Shown here: positions 45,701 through 54,208 of the stretch, one piece after another
Layout: every line of letters starts with the position of its first letter
Numbering within the stretch: the stretch's first letter is position 1
Source: Candidatus Omnitrophota bacterium
GTDB lineage: Bacteria; Omnitrophota; Gorgyraeia; JABMRG01
Reading direction: 5' to 3'
Assembly: GCA_041650035.1 (NCBI GenBank)
Contig: JBAZLY010000001.1
Span: forward strand, 29,238 to 93,237
DNA: 64,000 nucleotides
The notes under the pieces: generated by a model
Databases searched by the model: none
The model's input: only the letters and a program-made list of their open reading frames with translations
What the model was told of the DNA's origin: nothing
Translations under genes and position numbers: made by a program

Positions 45701-46795
45701 TCAGATTTTTGACAGCAGGGGCTCTAAGTCAACATGTTCGGCAACCAGGCGTTCTATCATCGATATCTTGTCCCTTTCGCCGGGATGTATCTTTACTATC
45801 ATATTATCAATTTTTGTTATTATCTCAAATGTATCTTCATGCACAAGCAGCGCGGGTATCTTGCTTTCCTCAAGTTTACTCCTTACCTTCCTGTTAGGCA
45901 TCAGCCCGCATGTAATAATAAAACCCGCTAATATGTCCTGTTTAGGTCTTCTCTTGCGGCTCTCCCTTAACAGTAATTTTATCAGGTCATCCCTATCCCC
46001 GGAGGCGATCACAAGGCTCCGCTCACCCATCTGCCTTAATACATTATTCGGTAAACTGGTCGCAACTACAATTTTATTTATAGCCTTGAGCATGTTCTCG
46101 GCCGAACCGCTTATAAACCTGCCCTTTAATTCATCCGCCATATGTTCCATGGCAGGCGTGTCAAGCGCCTTGAGGTACGGGATCATGCCAAGGACATTAA
46201 TGCCATGATGCTGAAAACCCTTGCGTACAAGGCTGTCTATCTTTTTATATTTTGTATCCTGAACCTTATTGATTATAACGCCCGCTATCTCAACCCCTGC
46301 CTGTTTAAAAAGAGGCGCTGAAAGCATGACCTCGTCTATCGGCCTGCCTATACCGCCGCCGGACACTATTACCACCTTGGAGTTAAGCATCTTGGCAACA
46401 ACTGCGTTAGACATGTCAAAAACCGAGCCGACCCCTGCATGCCCGGTCCCTTCTATCACAACCAGGTCACTTCCTTCAGATATTTTTTTAAAGGCGTTTT
46501 TTACCTGAGACTCCAAGGGTTTATGGTCAGGATTATCTATATATTTCTGGGTGAAACCTTTTTCTATCGCTACAGGCGACATATCCTTTAGATTCGACTT
46601 AATACCGAATATCTCCTCTATCAGATAAGAATCTTCGTCGATATTATAACCCTGCTCGACAAGATACCGCTGGCCGATGGGTTTTATAAAACTGACATTA
46701 TTAAATTTCTTTTTTAATAATGCTATCAAGCCCAGCGAAAGCGTGGTCTTGCCGTCATTTTGCCGGGTGGCCGCTATAAATATCCTCTTAGGCAT
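45701..46795 (-). CDS. BioD-like P-loop plus DRTGG domain protein (equivalent to the Pta N-terminal region, with no acetyltransferase domain)
   Basis: IFIAATRQNDGKTTLSLGL P-loop, EGTGHAGVG, later VIASGDRDD (DRTGG-type). 364 aa, and it ends without any PTA_PTB-like catalytic region. Confidence 0.75.
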   Translation of the reverse strand: MPKRIFIAATRQNDGKTTLSLGLIALLKKKFNNVSFIKPIGQRYLVEQGYNIDEDSYLIEEIFGIKSNLKDMSPVAIEKGFTQKYIDNPDHKPLESQVKNAFKKISEGSDLVVIEGTGHAGVGSVFDMSNAVVAKMLNSKVVIVSGGGIGRPIDEVMLSAPLFKQAGVEIAGVIINKVQDTKYKKIDSLVRKGFQHHGINVLGMIPYLKALDTPAMEHMADELKGRFISGSAENMLKAINKIVVATSLPNNVLRQMGERSLVIASGDRDDLIKLLLRESRKRRPKQDILAGFIITCGLMPNRKVRSKLEESKIPALLVHEDTFEIITKIDNMIVKIHPGERDKISMIERLVAEHVDLEPLLSKI

Positions 46796-46911
46796 GATCT
46801 CAAATCCGAAAAAAACCCTTTTTAGATAATCCGGCTACGATACCGCAAACCCTTGTCTGCCACATGCCGGGATAATCGCCTATCTCTGGTCCGGCCTATA
46901 TACGTAAAGGT

Positions 46912-47736
46912 TTAAAAATCCAAATGCCCGGCCCTAAAAGCCTTGATATAATTTATTGAATACTCGTCTCTTCCGAGTATGGCCTCCTGGGCAATGGAGA
47001 AAATCTGCCTGGGTATATCCTTACCGGATAATAGCGCCCTGGTTTGCTCCTGGACAGGATCCATTATAGCCGCGTCTATACCGGCGTCCATGGCAAGCTT
47101 GACAAAAACCGCGTTAAGGATATCACGCCTCGGAAGGCCAAACGAAACATTACTTAGGCCTCCTACGCATCTTATGCCTTTGTCTTTTAGTATCTTTACC
47201 GTGTCTAAAAAATATCCTGCCTGCCCGGGTTCTGTGCTGACAGGTTTAACAAGAGGGTCTATAAAAACATTCTGTCTGTCTATACCTTGCGATTCCGCGT
47301 ATTTAATTATATCTTCCGCCACATAAACCCTGCCGTCAACATCATTAGGTATGCCGTCATCGCTTATGGACAGGGCTATTACAAGACATTCTCTCTGCAG
47401 CAAAAAAGTCTTAAATGAATCAATCCTGGACTTTTCGCCGGTAATAGAATTCACGAACGGCTTATACCTGCATAAGCCAATGGCTTCTTTTACGATATGC
47501 GGGTCAGGGCTGTCGATACTCAATCCGCATCCAAACCTCTCCTGTATATTCTCCAGCAGCCAAATAAGATCATCTCTTTCTCTCGCGATAGAGGCAGCCG
47601 TATTTATATCTATATATTCCGCTCCGCACAATAACTGACTATTTGCCTCTTCAAGCAATGCGTCAAGCCTTTTTGCGTCTATAGCCTCTTTTATCCGCCT
47701 GCGGGTTGAATTGATCCTTTCGCCTATTATTATCAT
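46912..47736 (-). CDS. acsE: Pterin-binding methyltetrahydrofolate:corrinoid methyltransferase (AcsE/MeTr-like)
   Basis: MIIIGERINSTRRRIKEAI..., IDPLVKPVST, GLSNVSFGLPRR, GIDAAIMDP. Collinear with Moorella MeTr as I recall it (MLIIGERING..., GLSNVSQNCQNR, GLDAAIAD). Confidence 0.8.
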   Translation of the reverse strand: MIIIGERINSTRRRIKEAIDAKRLDALLEEANSQLLCGAEYIDINTAASIARERDDLIWLLENIQERFGCGLSIDSPDPHIVKEAIGLCRYKPFVNSITGEKSRIDSFKTFLLQRECLVIALSISDDGIPNDVDGRVYVAEDIIKYAESQGIDRQNVFIDPLVKPVSTEPGQAGYFLDTVKILKDKGIRCVGGLSNVSFGLPRRDILNAVFVKLAMDAGIDAAIMDPVQEQTRALLSGKDIPRQIFSIAQEAILGRDEYSINYIKAFRAGHLDF

Positions 47737-48668
47737 ATATCCGCCTGCTCCTTATAACTATCCTCTATGGCCTTTACCATGCAAACAATCGTGTCATTGA
47801 CCGGGGTTTTTATGCCGGCGCTCTTGGCATATCTTGATATAGCGCCATTTATAAAATCTATTTCCGTGCGTTTTTTGTTAAGCACGTCCTGAAGCATGCT
47901 CGAGATGTTATCAGCGGTGGCCTGGCACACGGACTCAACCTTCGCGAGCGGGTCATCAAAAATAAGCCTTATCCTATGTTTTTTTGCAACCTTCGCAGCC
48001 TCAATAACCAACTGGCGCATCAGCTCTTTTATGCCTTCACATTTGAGAATTACGCCGTTTGGGACACGGCAGATTGCGGATAAAGGATTGATACCGGCAT
48101 TTATAACAAGCTTGCTCCACAAGACATTGCATATATCTTTAGACGTCTTTGTTATGATGCCGGCATCATTCAGCGCGTTTGATATGTGGCGCAGGTCCCT
48201 GAAAATCTTTCCATCCGGTTTTCCTATCACCGTCTCACCCCTACCGGTATGTCTTACCCTGCCGTCAGAGACCAGGATAGCGCCATGTGATGTCACAGCA
48301 CACACGGCCCTATCCTGTCCAACCGCATCCGATATCAACTGTAAATTCCCGATACCGTTCTGTAATGACATCACACCCGTCGTATCAGAAAGCAATGGCT
48401 TGATCGAGGCAAGCACGCGCTCTGTATCATATGATTTGGTGGCTATAATAACCAGTTCGGATATCCCTATCAGCTTAGCATCGGCCACTATGTTTACATG
48501 GTGCTTGATATTTGTCAAGCCCTCTACGGTAATACCCGATTCCTTAATCCTTTTAACCCGTTCAAGGCGCCTATCCAACAGCCATACATCATGTTTTCCT
48601 TTTTGCCGTGAAAGCAAGGCCGCTAATAAACACCCGATTGCTCCGGGACCCGCTATTGCGATCTTCAT
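47733..48668 (-). CDS. panE: 2-dehydropantoate 2-reductase
   Basis: MKIAIAGPGAIGCLLAA Rossmann motif and the ApbA/PanE C-terminal domain (SMLQD..KRTEIDFINGAI). Confidence 0.88.
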   Translation of the reverse strand: MKIAIAGPGAIGCLLAALLSRQKGKHDVWLLDRRLERVKRIKESGITVEGLTNIKHHVNIVADAKLIGISELVIIATKSYDTERVLASIKPLLSDTTGVMSLQNGIGNLQLISDAVGQDRAVCAVTSHGAILVSDGRVRHTGRGETVIGKPDGKIFRDLRHISNALNDAGIITKTSKDICNVLWSKLVINAGINPLSAICRVPNGVILKCEGIKELMRQLVIEAAKVAKKHRIRLIFDDPLAKVESVCQATADNISSMLQDVLNKKRTEIDFINGAISRYAKSAGIKTPVNDTIVCMVKAIEDSYKEQADI

Positions 48669-48732
48669 ATATTACCTTTGTTATATGTCCGGGCATGTCT
48701 GCGCGAAGATATAAACTTCACGAAAGCATGTT

Positions 48733-49593
48733 TTAAGCATCGTGCCGTCTACCGGTCCCGGGCCGGCGTAATTTGAGCGCCTCTTCCTTATCCATGGTAT
48801 ACATATGTTCTCTATCAGGAAAGATGCGGAGCTTGACCTCATCCTTATATTTTTTTGCCGCGGTCTCTATCTGAGAGTAAATATCGGCATATTGCTTCAC
48901 AAATTTTGGCTTGCGCGATCTTATTATGCCAAGCATATCGTAAGAGACCAGCGCTTGCCCGTCGCAATAAGGACCGGCGCCAATACCGATAGTCGGCATA
49001 TCAACGGTCTCGGTAATAATTTTCGCTAACACATCCGGCACGCATTCAAGAACAAGGCTAAAAACACCTAAACTATTTAAAACCACCGCCTGATCAATAA
49101 GTTTATTCGCGGTATGGGCATCCCTACCCTGGACTTTTAGGCCGCCCATTTCATCCGCTGTCTGGGGCGTAAGGCCTATATGTCCCATAACAGGAATGCC
49201 TGAATTTAAGATATCCCGGACAACCGCGGGGCATTGCTTAAACCATTCAACCTTAACCGCGTCGCAGCCTGCCTCATCAATAAATCTCCTGGCATTCGCA
49301 GCAGCCTTTGATATGTCTTTTTGATAGGACTCAAAAGGCATATCACCCACAAGAAGGCTGTTCCTTACCGCCCGGCCGGCCGCCTTGGCGTGATGTATCA
49401 TCTCATCCATTGTGATATATTTCGTGGATTCCAAGCCTAATTCGGTATTAGCGACACTATCACCTACAAGAATTATATCGATCCTTGCGTCATCAAATAT
49501 CCTGGCCAGCGGATAGCCATAAGCCGTCAAGAGGGTTATGGGCTCCTGCCTGCTTTTCATCTGCTTTATTATCTCGGGCGTGATCTTGCTCAT
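48733..49593 (-). CDS. panB: 3-methyl-2-oxobutanoate hydroxymethyltransferase
   Basis: LTAYGYP, ILVGDS, DMPF.SY, VKVE, GHIGLTPQ, and IGIGAG..CDGQ. Confidence 0.93.
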   Translation of the reverse strand: MSKITPEIIKQMKSRQEPITLLTAYGYPLARIFDDARIDIILVGDSVANTELGLESTKYITMDEMIHHAKAAGRAVRNSLLVGDMPFESYQKDISKAAANARRFIDEAGCDAVKVEWFKQCPAVVRDILNSGIPVMGHIGLTPQTADEMGGLKVQGRDAHTANKLIDQAVVLNSLGVFSLVLECVPDVLAKIITETVDMPTIGIGAGPYCDGQALVSYDMLGIIRSRKPKFVKQYADIYSQIETAAKKYKDEVKLRIFPDREHMYTMDKEEALKLRRPGTGRRHDA

Positions 49594-51026
49594 ATGATAT
49601 TCAAAAAACTTTTTACTATGCCGGGGTCAAACTCTATACCGCTTTTTTTCTCAATCTCTTTCCTGGCGTCCTCTCTGTTCATACCTTTACGATACGGCCT
49701 GTCGGTTGTCATAGCGTCATAGGCATCACAGATCTTTATTATCCTCGCCGACAAAGGTATCTCTTCCCCTTTAAGCCCGTCCGGATAGCCTGTCCCGTCA
49801 TACAACTCCTGATGATAACGCACCAGATCGGACAAGGCCGACATACTCCTTATAGGCTTTATGATATTTACGCCTATTATAACATGCTGCCTCATCTCTT
49901 TCTGCTCTTCTTCATTCAACGGGCCTTGCTTTTTCAAGACCTCATCCCTGACGCCTATCTTACCTACATCATGGAGGATGGCTCCGTTTTTAAGTATCTT
50001 CATCATCTCTTCATCAAGCCCCATCTCATAACCAAGACGCTGGGCATAACCAGACACCCTGTCAATATGACCTCTGCTATAGGGGTCTTTCGCCTCAACC
50101 GCGACAGCCAAAGCGGTTATGGTTTCAAGATAGGTCTTTTCAGCATCCTCATTAAGCAAAAAGTTCTCTATAGCTATAGCGGTCTGGGCCGATACATTGG
50201 ACAATAATACCATATCATCACCGTTAAAGGACTGTCTGCGAGCCTTATCACACAATATGATCGCGCCTAATGCATCGTTTTTGTAGATCAGCGGCGATAC
50301 AACAATAGAGTCTTGGGCCAATTTATTCTCATACTCAAAACGCGTCTGCTTGTTTTCCCTGACATCGAATACCGCCTCCATCTTCCTTAACTCGAGGGCC
50401 TTGCCGATAATACCCTGGTCTACGGCCAATTCGGTTTTACCGGCAGGGTCGAACACTCCAAAGCTGACCCTCATCACGAGCCTTGCCTTTTCTTTGTCTA
50501 TAATATATATAGCCCCTGACCTGGCCTCGGTACCTTCAACCAGGGTCTGCAGTATAAGCTCCATCAGATTCTCTATACCCTTAGTTGACGTAACCGCTGA
50601 ACCTATCTTATTGAGTATATGCTGAAGCAGCTTTTTAGACTGTTCTAATTGTTTGATCTTATCCTGCAATTCGGCGGTGATTTTGTTAAATGAATGTGCG
50701 AGCTGCCCTATCTCCTCATCCTTGGCATGCTCAACCCTTTTATCGTAATCGCCGCTTGCAATCATAGCGGCATTTCTGCTGATACGAGACAGAGAAACCA
50801 TACTCCTTCTGACAAGATCAAACGATGCCAGGCTCAATAATACCACAAGCAGTATAGTAATATTAAAAAAAGGCAATTGCCGCTCAACTAAGGGAACGAT
50901 TTGAAAATAATGAATAATAAAAAGTATCAATAATATCGGGACTAAGGACATGAGTACGAAGGCTACGCTGAATTTTCTATGCAGACTTGTCGCGGACAGA
51001 CTATCTATCTTTATTTTAGGATTCAC
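49590..51026 (-). CDS. Membrane-anchored HAMP-GAF-HD-GYP protein (probable c-di-GMP phosphodiesterase)
   Basis: Two N-terminal TM segments, HAMP-like linker, GAF-like middle. HD-GYP core is HIDRV...LHDVGKIGV...YHQELYDGTGYPDGL. GTG start. Confidence 0.85.
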   Translation of the reverse strand: MNPKIKIDSLSATSLHRKFSVAFVLMSLVPILLILFIIHYFQIVPLVERQLPFFNITILLVVLLSLASFDLVRRSMVSLSRISRNAAMIASGDYDKRVEHAKDEEIGQLAHSFNKITAELQDKIKQLEQSKKLLQHILNKIGSAVTSTKGIENLMELILQTLVEGTEARSGAIYIIDKEKARLVMRVSFGVFDPAGKTELAVDQGIIGKALELRKMEAVFDVRENKQTRFEYENKLAQDSIVVSPLIYKNDALGAIILCDKARRQSFNGDDMVLLSNVSAQTAIAIENFLLNEDAEKTYLETITALAVAVEAKDPYSRGHIDRVSGYAQRLGYEMGLDEEMMKILKNGAILHDVGKIGVRDEVLKKQGPLNEEEQKEMRQHVIIGVNIIKPIRSMSALSDLVRYHQELYDGTGYPDGLKGEEIPLSARIIKICDAYDAMTTDRPYRKGMNREDARKEIEKKSGIEFDPGIVKSFLNII

Positions 51027-51116
51027 ATTGCCCTCCGGCTATAGCGCAAAGTCATTTAGTATGGCAGGTGATCGCGCCTGCCGCCGCAGGCGTCTCGGAT
51101 ATAAACAAGCACGGCC

Positions 51117-51983
51117 TCATATACCGGCTTTATCAATTATATCAGGCACAAGCCTTTCCCATCCTATAGGCATAATATGCACACCGCTGCACATGTCTTT
51201 TAATTTATCTATCAGACCGCATGCTATATTGACAGATTCCTTATGCTTGTCAGGGGCATTATCAATACGTTCAACAAGCGCCGTCGGTACATATATGCCT
51301 GCGACATAATCATTCATATATAATGCCATCCTGGCCGATTTAAGCAATACGATACCCGCGATTATAGGCACATTGTATTTCGCGGCCTTATCCATAAAAA
51401 GACCGAATCTCCGCGTGTCAAATACAGCCTGTGTCTGAAAGAATTGCGCTCCGGAGGCAATCTTCTTTTTCATCTTGATCAATTCAGGTTCGATAGGATC
51501 CGCGCACGGGTTGACAACAGCACCCAGGCAAAGATCAGGCAAGCCCTTAAGTTTGTTCCCTGACATATCCCGGCCCTGACAGAGATTTCTGGCAGTCCCT
51601 AAGAGCTGGACAGCGTCTAGGTCAAAGACCGGTTTTGCCCCGGGGTGATCGCCTCTTGTGGGATGATCCCCTGTAAGCATCAGGATATTTTTGATTCCAA
51701 GAGCTGACGCGGAAAGTATATCCGAGGAAAGGGCCAGCCTGTTCCTGTCACGGCATGTAAGCTGGAATACGGGGTCAATCCCCAATTGCTTTAACATATA
51801 ACAGCCTGCCAGCGATCCCATCCTCATAACAGCGCTCTGAAGATCGGTAACATTAATGGCATCAACCTTTCCGACAAGAGGCCTCGCGTCTTCAAGCATC
51901 CCGGAAACGTCAATACCTTTCGGCGGAGCTGTCTCGCTTGTTACTATAAATTTTTTTGCCTTTATTGCTTCTCTTAGGCCCAT
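51117..51983 (-). CDS. metF: Methylenetetrahydrofolate reductase, acetogen-type catalytic subunit
   Basis: VTDLQSAVMRM, TCRDRNRLAL, LTGDHP. Immediately follows metV. Confidence 0.9.
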   Translation of the reverse strand: MGLREAIKAKKFIVTSETAPPKGIDVSGMLEDARPLVGKVDAINVTDLQSAVMRMGSLAGCYMLKQLGIDPVFQLTCRDRNRLALSSDILSASALGIKNILMLTGDHPTRGDHPGAKPVFDLDAVQLLGTARNLCQGRDMSGNKLKGLPDLCLGAVVNPCADPIEPELIKMKKKIASGAQFFQTQAVFDTRRFGLFMDKAAKYNVPIIAGIVLLKSARMALYMNDYVAGIYVPTALVERIDNAPDKHKESVNIACGLIDKLKDMCSGVHIMPIGWERLVPDIIDKAGI

Positions 51984-51984
51984 C

Positions 51985-52629
51985 TTATATTATCACCTTT
52001 TGAGGTTTTAACTGCAATGAATAATCTCGAGGGCCGGTTATCCTTTCCATATCCTCTATCCTTCGCGAGGCCTTAAGCCTTTCATATATCAATATCCATG
52101 CGCAGTCCGTACTTCTGTCAACCTCGCATTTTCTATTCTTGGATCCGCCGCAGGGTCCGTTAAGCAGGCCTTTGGCGCACATCGTTATCGGACACACGGC
52201 ATCCGTCTTGTCAATGATACAATCCCCGCAGAGAACACACTTTTGAGAAAAATACCCGCCGCGTTCAAATTCACCCAAAAATAATGTATCAAGCGCCGGC
52301 AAAACCATCTTGTCGGGAAAACCGTCCTTTATCACCTGCACCCCGTCACCACATGTAAGGGCCAATATAGCATCCGAATTTTTCATAAAAGCCTTGTTCT
52401 GATAAGCCAATTGCTTAACCTTTACAAGGTGGCAGGCGGGATCAAGTATAGCCTTGCCTGTCACAAGCTTGCCTTCTGCTTCCAACAGCGCCTGCATATC
52501 ACAGAGCTGCTGTTCACCTCCGGTTTTACAGACAGTGGCACATTGCGCGCAGCCTATCAGGAAGACGGACTTGCAGTCCTTAAGCATGTCCAAAACGGAT
52601 CCGATCTCTTTTTTCCTTGTAACTATCAT
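51985..52629 (-). CDS. metV: Methylenetetrahydrofolate reductase C-terminal-domain (zinc/Fe-S) protein MetV
   Basis: Cys-rich: CAQCATVC, CVLCGDC, CPITMCAKGLLNGPCGG...CEVD..CAW. Confidence 0.85.
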   Translation of the reverse strand: MIVTRKKEIGSVLDMLKDCKSVFLIGCAQCATVCKTGGEQQLCDMQALLEAEGKLVTGKAILDPACHLVKVKQLAYQNKAFMKNSDAILALTCGDGVQVIKDGFPDKMVLPALDTLFLGEFERGGYFSQKCVLCGDCIIDKTDAVCPITMCAKGLLNGPCGGSKNRKCEVDRSTDCAWILIYERLKASRRIEDMERITGPRDYSLQLKPQKVII

Positions 52630-53492
52630 CGCGCGTTAATCTGCTGTTTAAACAGTTCAAGACAGTTTCTCATAAGAATAACTGTCGTCAGAGGCCCAAC
52701 ACCCCCGGGCACCGGAGATATGTGGGATGCCCTGCATAGGGCCTTGTCATATTCCACATCGCCTACTATCTTACCATTAACCATATTTATCCCGACATCT
52801 ATAACCACGGCGCCTTCCTTGATCCACTCGCCCTTGACCAGACCTGGTTTACCAACAGAGACAACAAGCACCTCCGCGTTCTTGATGTGCTCAGCAAGCA
52901 GGCCCCTCTTATAGGTTTCTATATGGCAAACGGTCACCGTGCACAACCTGTCAAGCAGAAGCATGGCAAGCGGCTTTCCAACAATACCGCTGTGGCCGAT
53001 AATAACCGCCTCTCGGCCCTTTAGCTCCTCTCCGGAAAACGCCAGCAATTCCATGACAGCCGATGCCGTAGGAGGCACCACCTTATAAGAGTTAAGAAGA
53101 AGCTTGCCCTTGTTTTCCGGGTTAATACCCTCGACATCTTTATCAGAAGATATAAAAGACGAAAGCCTTACCATATCAAATCGGCCGGGCAAAGGAGACT
53201 GCAGGATAATACCGCTTATCGATTCATCATCGTTTAGAGATAGAATATTACCAATAAGGTCTTTCTCTGCGCAGGATGCGGACAATTTTATGAGCCTGTA
53301 TTCTATACCTACTTCTTCCGCAACTTTTTTCTGGGAATTCACATATACCGAAAAGGGTGTTTCCCCTCCCACCTGAAGGGCCGCAAGCTGCGGGACGCAA
53401 CCTAAAGAATCCCTTAACCTGATTATTTCTTTCTTTAAACACCTCTTAATCTCATTGGCCCTTAATTTTCCATCAAGTATTTTAGCCGGCAT
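52626..53492 (-). CDS. folD: Bifunctional methylene-THF dehydrogenase / methenyl-THF cyclohydrolase
   Basis: ILDGK, LAALQVGG, VIIGHSGIVGKP, SPVPGGVGPLT. Confidence 0.94.
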   Translation of the reverse strand: MPAKILDGKLRANEIKRCLKKEIIRLRDSLGCVPQLAALQVGGETPFSVYVNSQKKVAEEVGIEYRLIKLSASCAEKDLIGNILSLNDDESISGIILQSPLPGRFDMVRLSSFISSDKDVEGINPENKGKLLLNSYKVVPPTASAVMELLAFSGEELKGREAVIIGHSGIVGKPLAMLLLDRLCTVTVCHIETYKRGLLAEHIKNAEVLVVSVGKPGLVKGEWIKEGAVVIDVGINMVNGKIVGDVEYDKALCRASHISPVPGGVGPLTTVILMRNCLELFKQQINAR

Positions 53493-54103
53493 CAGGTATC
53501 CATCCTTTCCAGCACAACCGACAATACCTTGGCCTTAATCTGTTTCATATTTATTTGCAGGGCAGAACAGGCCTTCGTCTTTGAGCGGACAAACGGCCTG
53601 TTTTTAATAAAATGGAGGTTGGCGTTTATATTTATCAGGCCTGTCTCGAATGCGGCATTCAAATTATGTATAGCTGAAACGATATCCGGCAGCAGAGACC
53701 TCTTGCCCGTATAAGAAAGTTCAAGGGCCACTATCGCCGCCTCATAACAATAATCGCATACCCTTTGCGGCGGGATAATGGCCTTCTTAAGGGCCTTTTG
53801 CAAATCAGCTGAATCCCGGGAGTGTTTTTTAAAAACCGATGCCAGGGCCTTATAGGCCTTGGCATCATCATCAATGATCAAGGTAAATCGCGACCTTAAG
53901 TTTTCGGATTTCTTCAGGGCCCTTTGCGCCCTCTCTTTGTAGCCGTTAAAACCCTTGCTTAATAAGGTAAAATGGGCCACCATACTCAAAAGCCCGCAGC
54001 CCAATGCCCCCACAAGCGCCGAGGCGCTTCCTCCGCCCGGAACCGGCATGGGCCCGGCAAGACAATCCAGATATACCTTTATATTCTTGTCCGCATACCC
54101 CAT
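53492..54103 (-). CDS. fchA: Cyclodeaminase/cyclohydrolase family protein (FTCD C-terminal-like)
   Basis: PVPGGGSASALVGALGCGLLSMVAHFT is the family signature. Sits between fhs and folD. Confidence 0.85.
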   Translation of the reverse strand: MGYADKNIKVYLDCLAGPMPVPGGGSASALVGALGCGLLSMVAHFTLLSKGFNGYKERAQRALKKSENLRSRFTLIIDDDAKAYKALASVFKKHSRDSADLQKALKKAIIPPQRVCDYCYEAAIVALELSYTGKRSLLPDIVSAIHNLNAAFETGLININANLHFIKNRPFVRSKTKACSALQINMKQIKAKVLSVVLERMDT

Positions 54104-54153
54104 GTATCCTGCCTAAAATTATAATTATTTGCAACAGCCGTCATCAATTATTT

Positions 54154-54181
54154 ATTATACTCAAATAGTGGAATAACTCAA
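54154..54181 (-). promoter_or_regulatory. Candidate internal promoter ahead of fchA-folD-metVF
   Basis: Minus strand TTGAGT (54181-54176), 16 nt, TATAAT (54159-54154), in the 105-nt fhs-fchA gap. Confidence 0.4.
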
Positions 54182-54208
54182 GGGTTAATTCACCCGTTTT
54201 ACATTGTC

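Noticed and set aside
47896-48714. 272-aa ORF on the plus strand, the longest unexplained ORF in the track
   Set aside because: It is entirely antisense to panE, whose product has clear Rossmann and ApbA motifs. The translation is low-complexity (Ser/Pro/Ile/Thr-rich) with no recognisable motif, SD or promoter. It is a shadow ORF.
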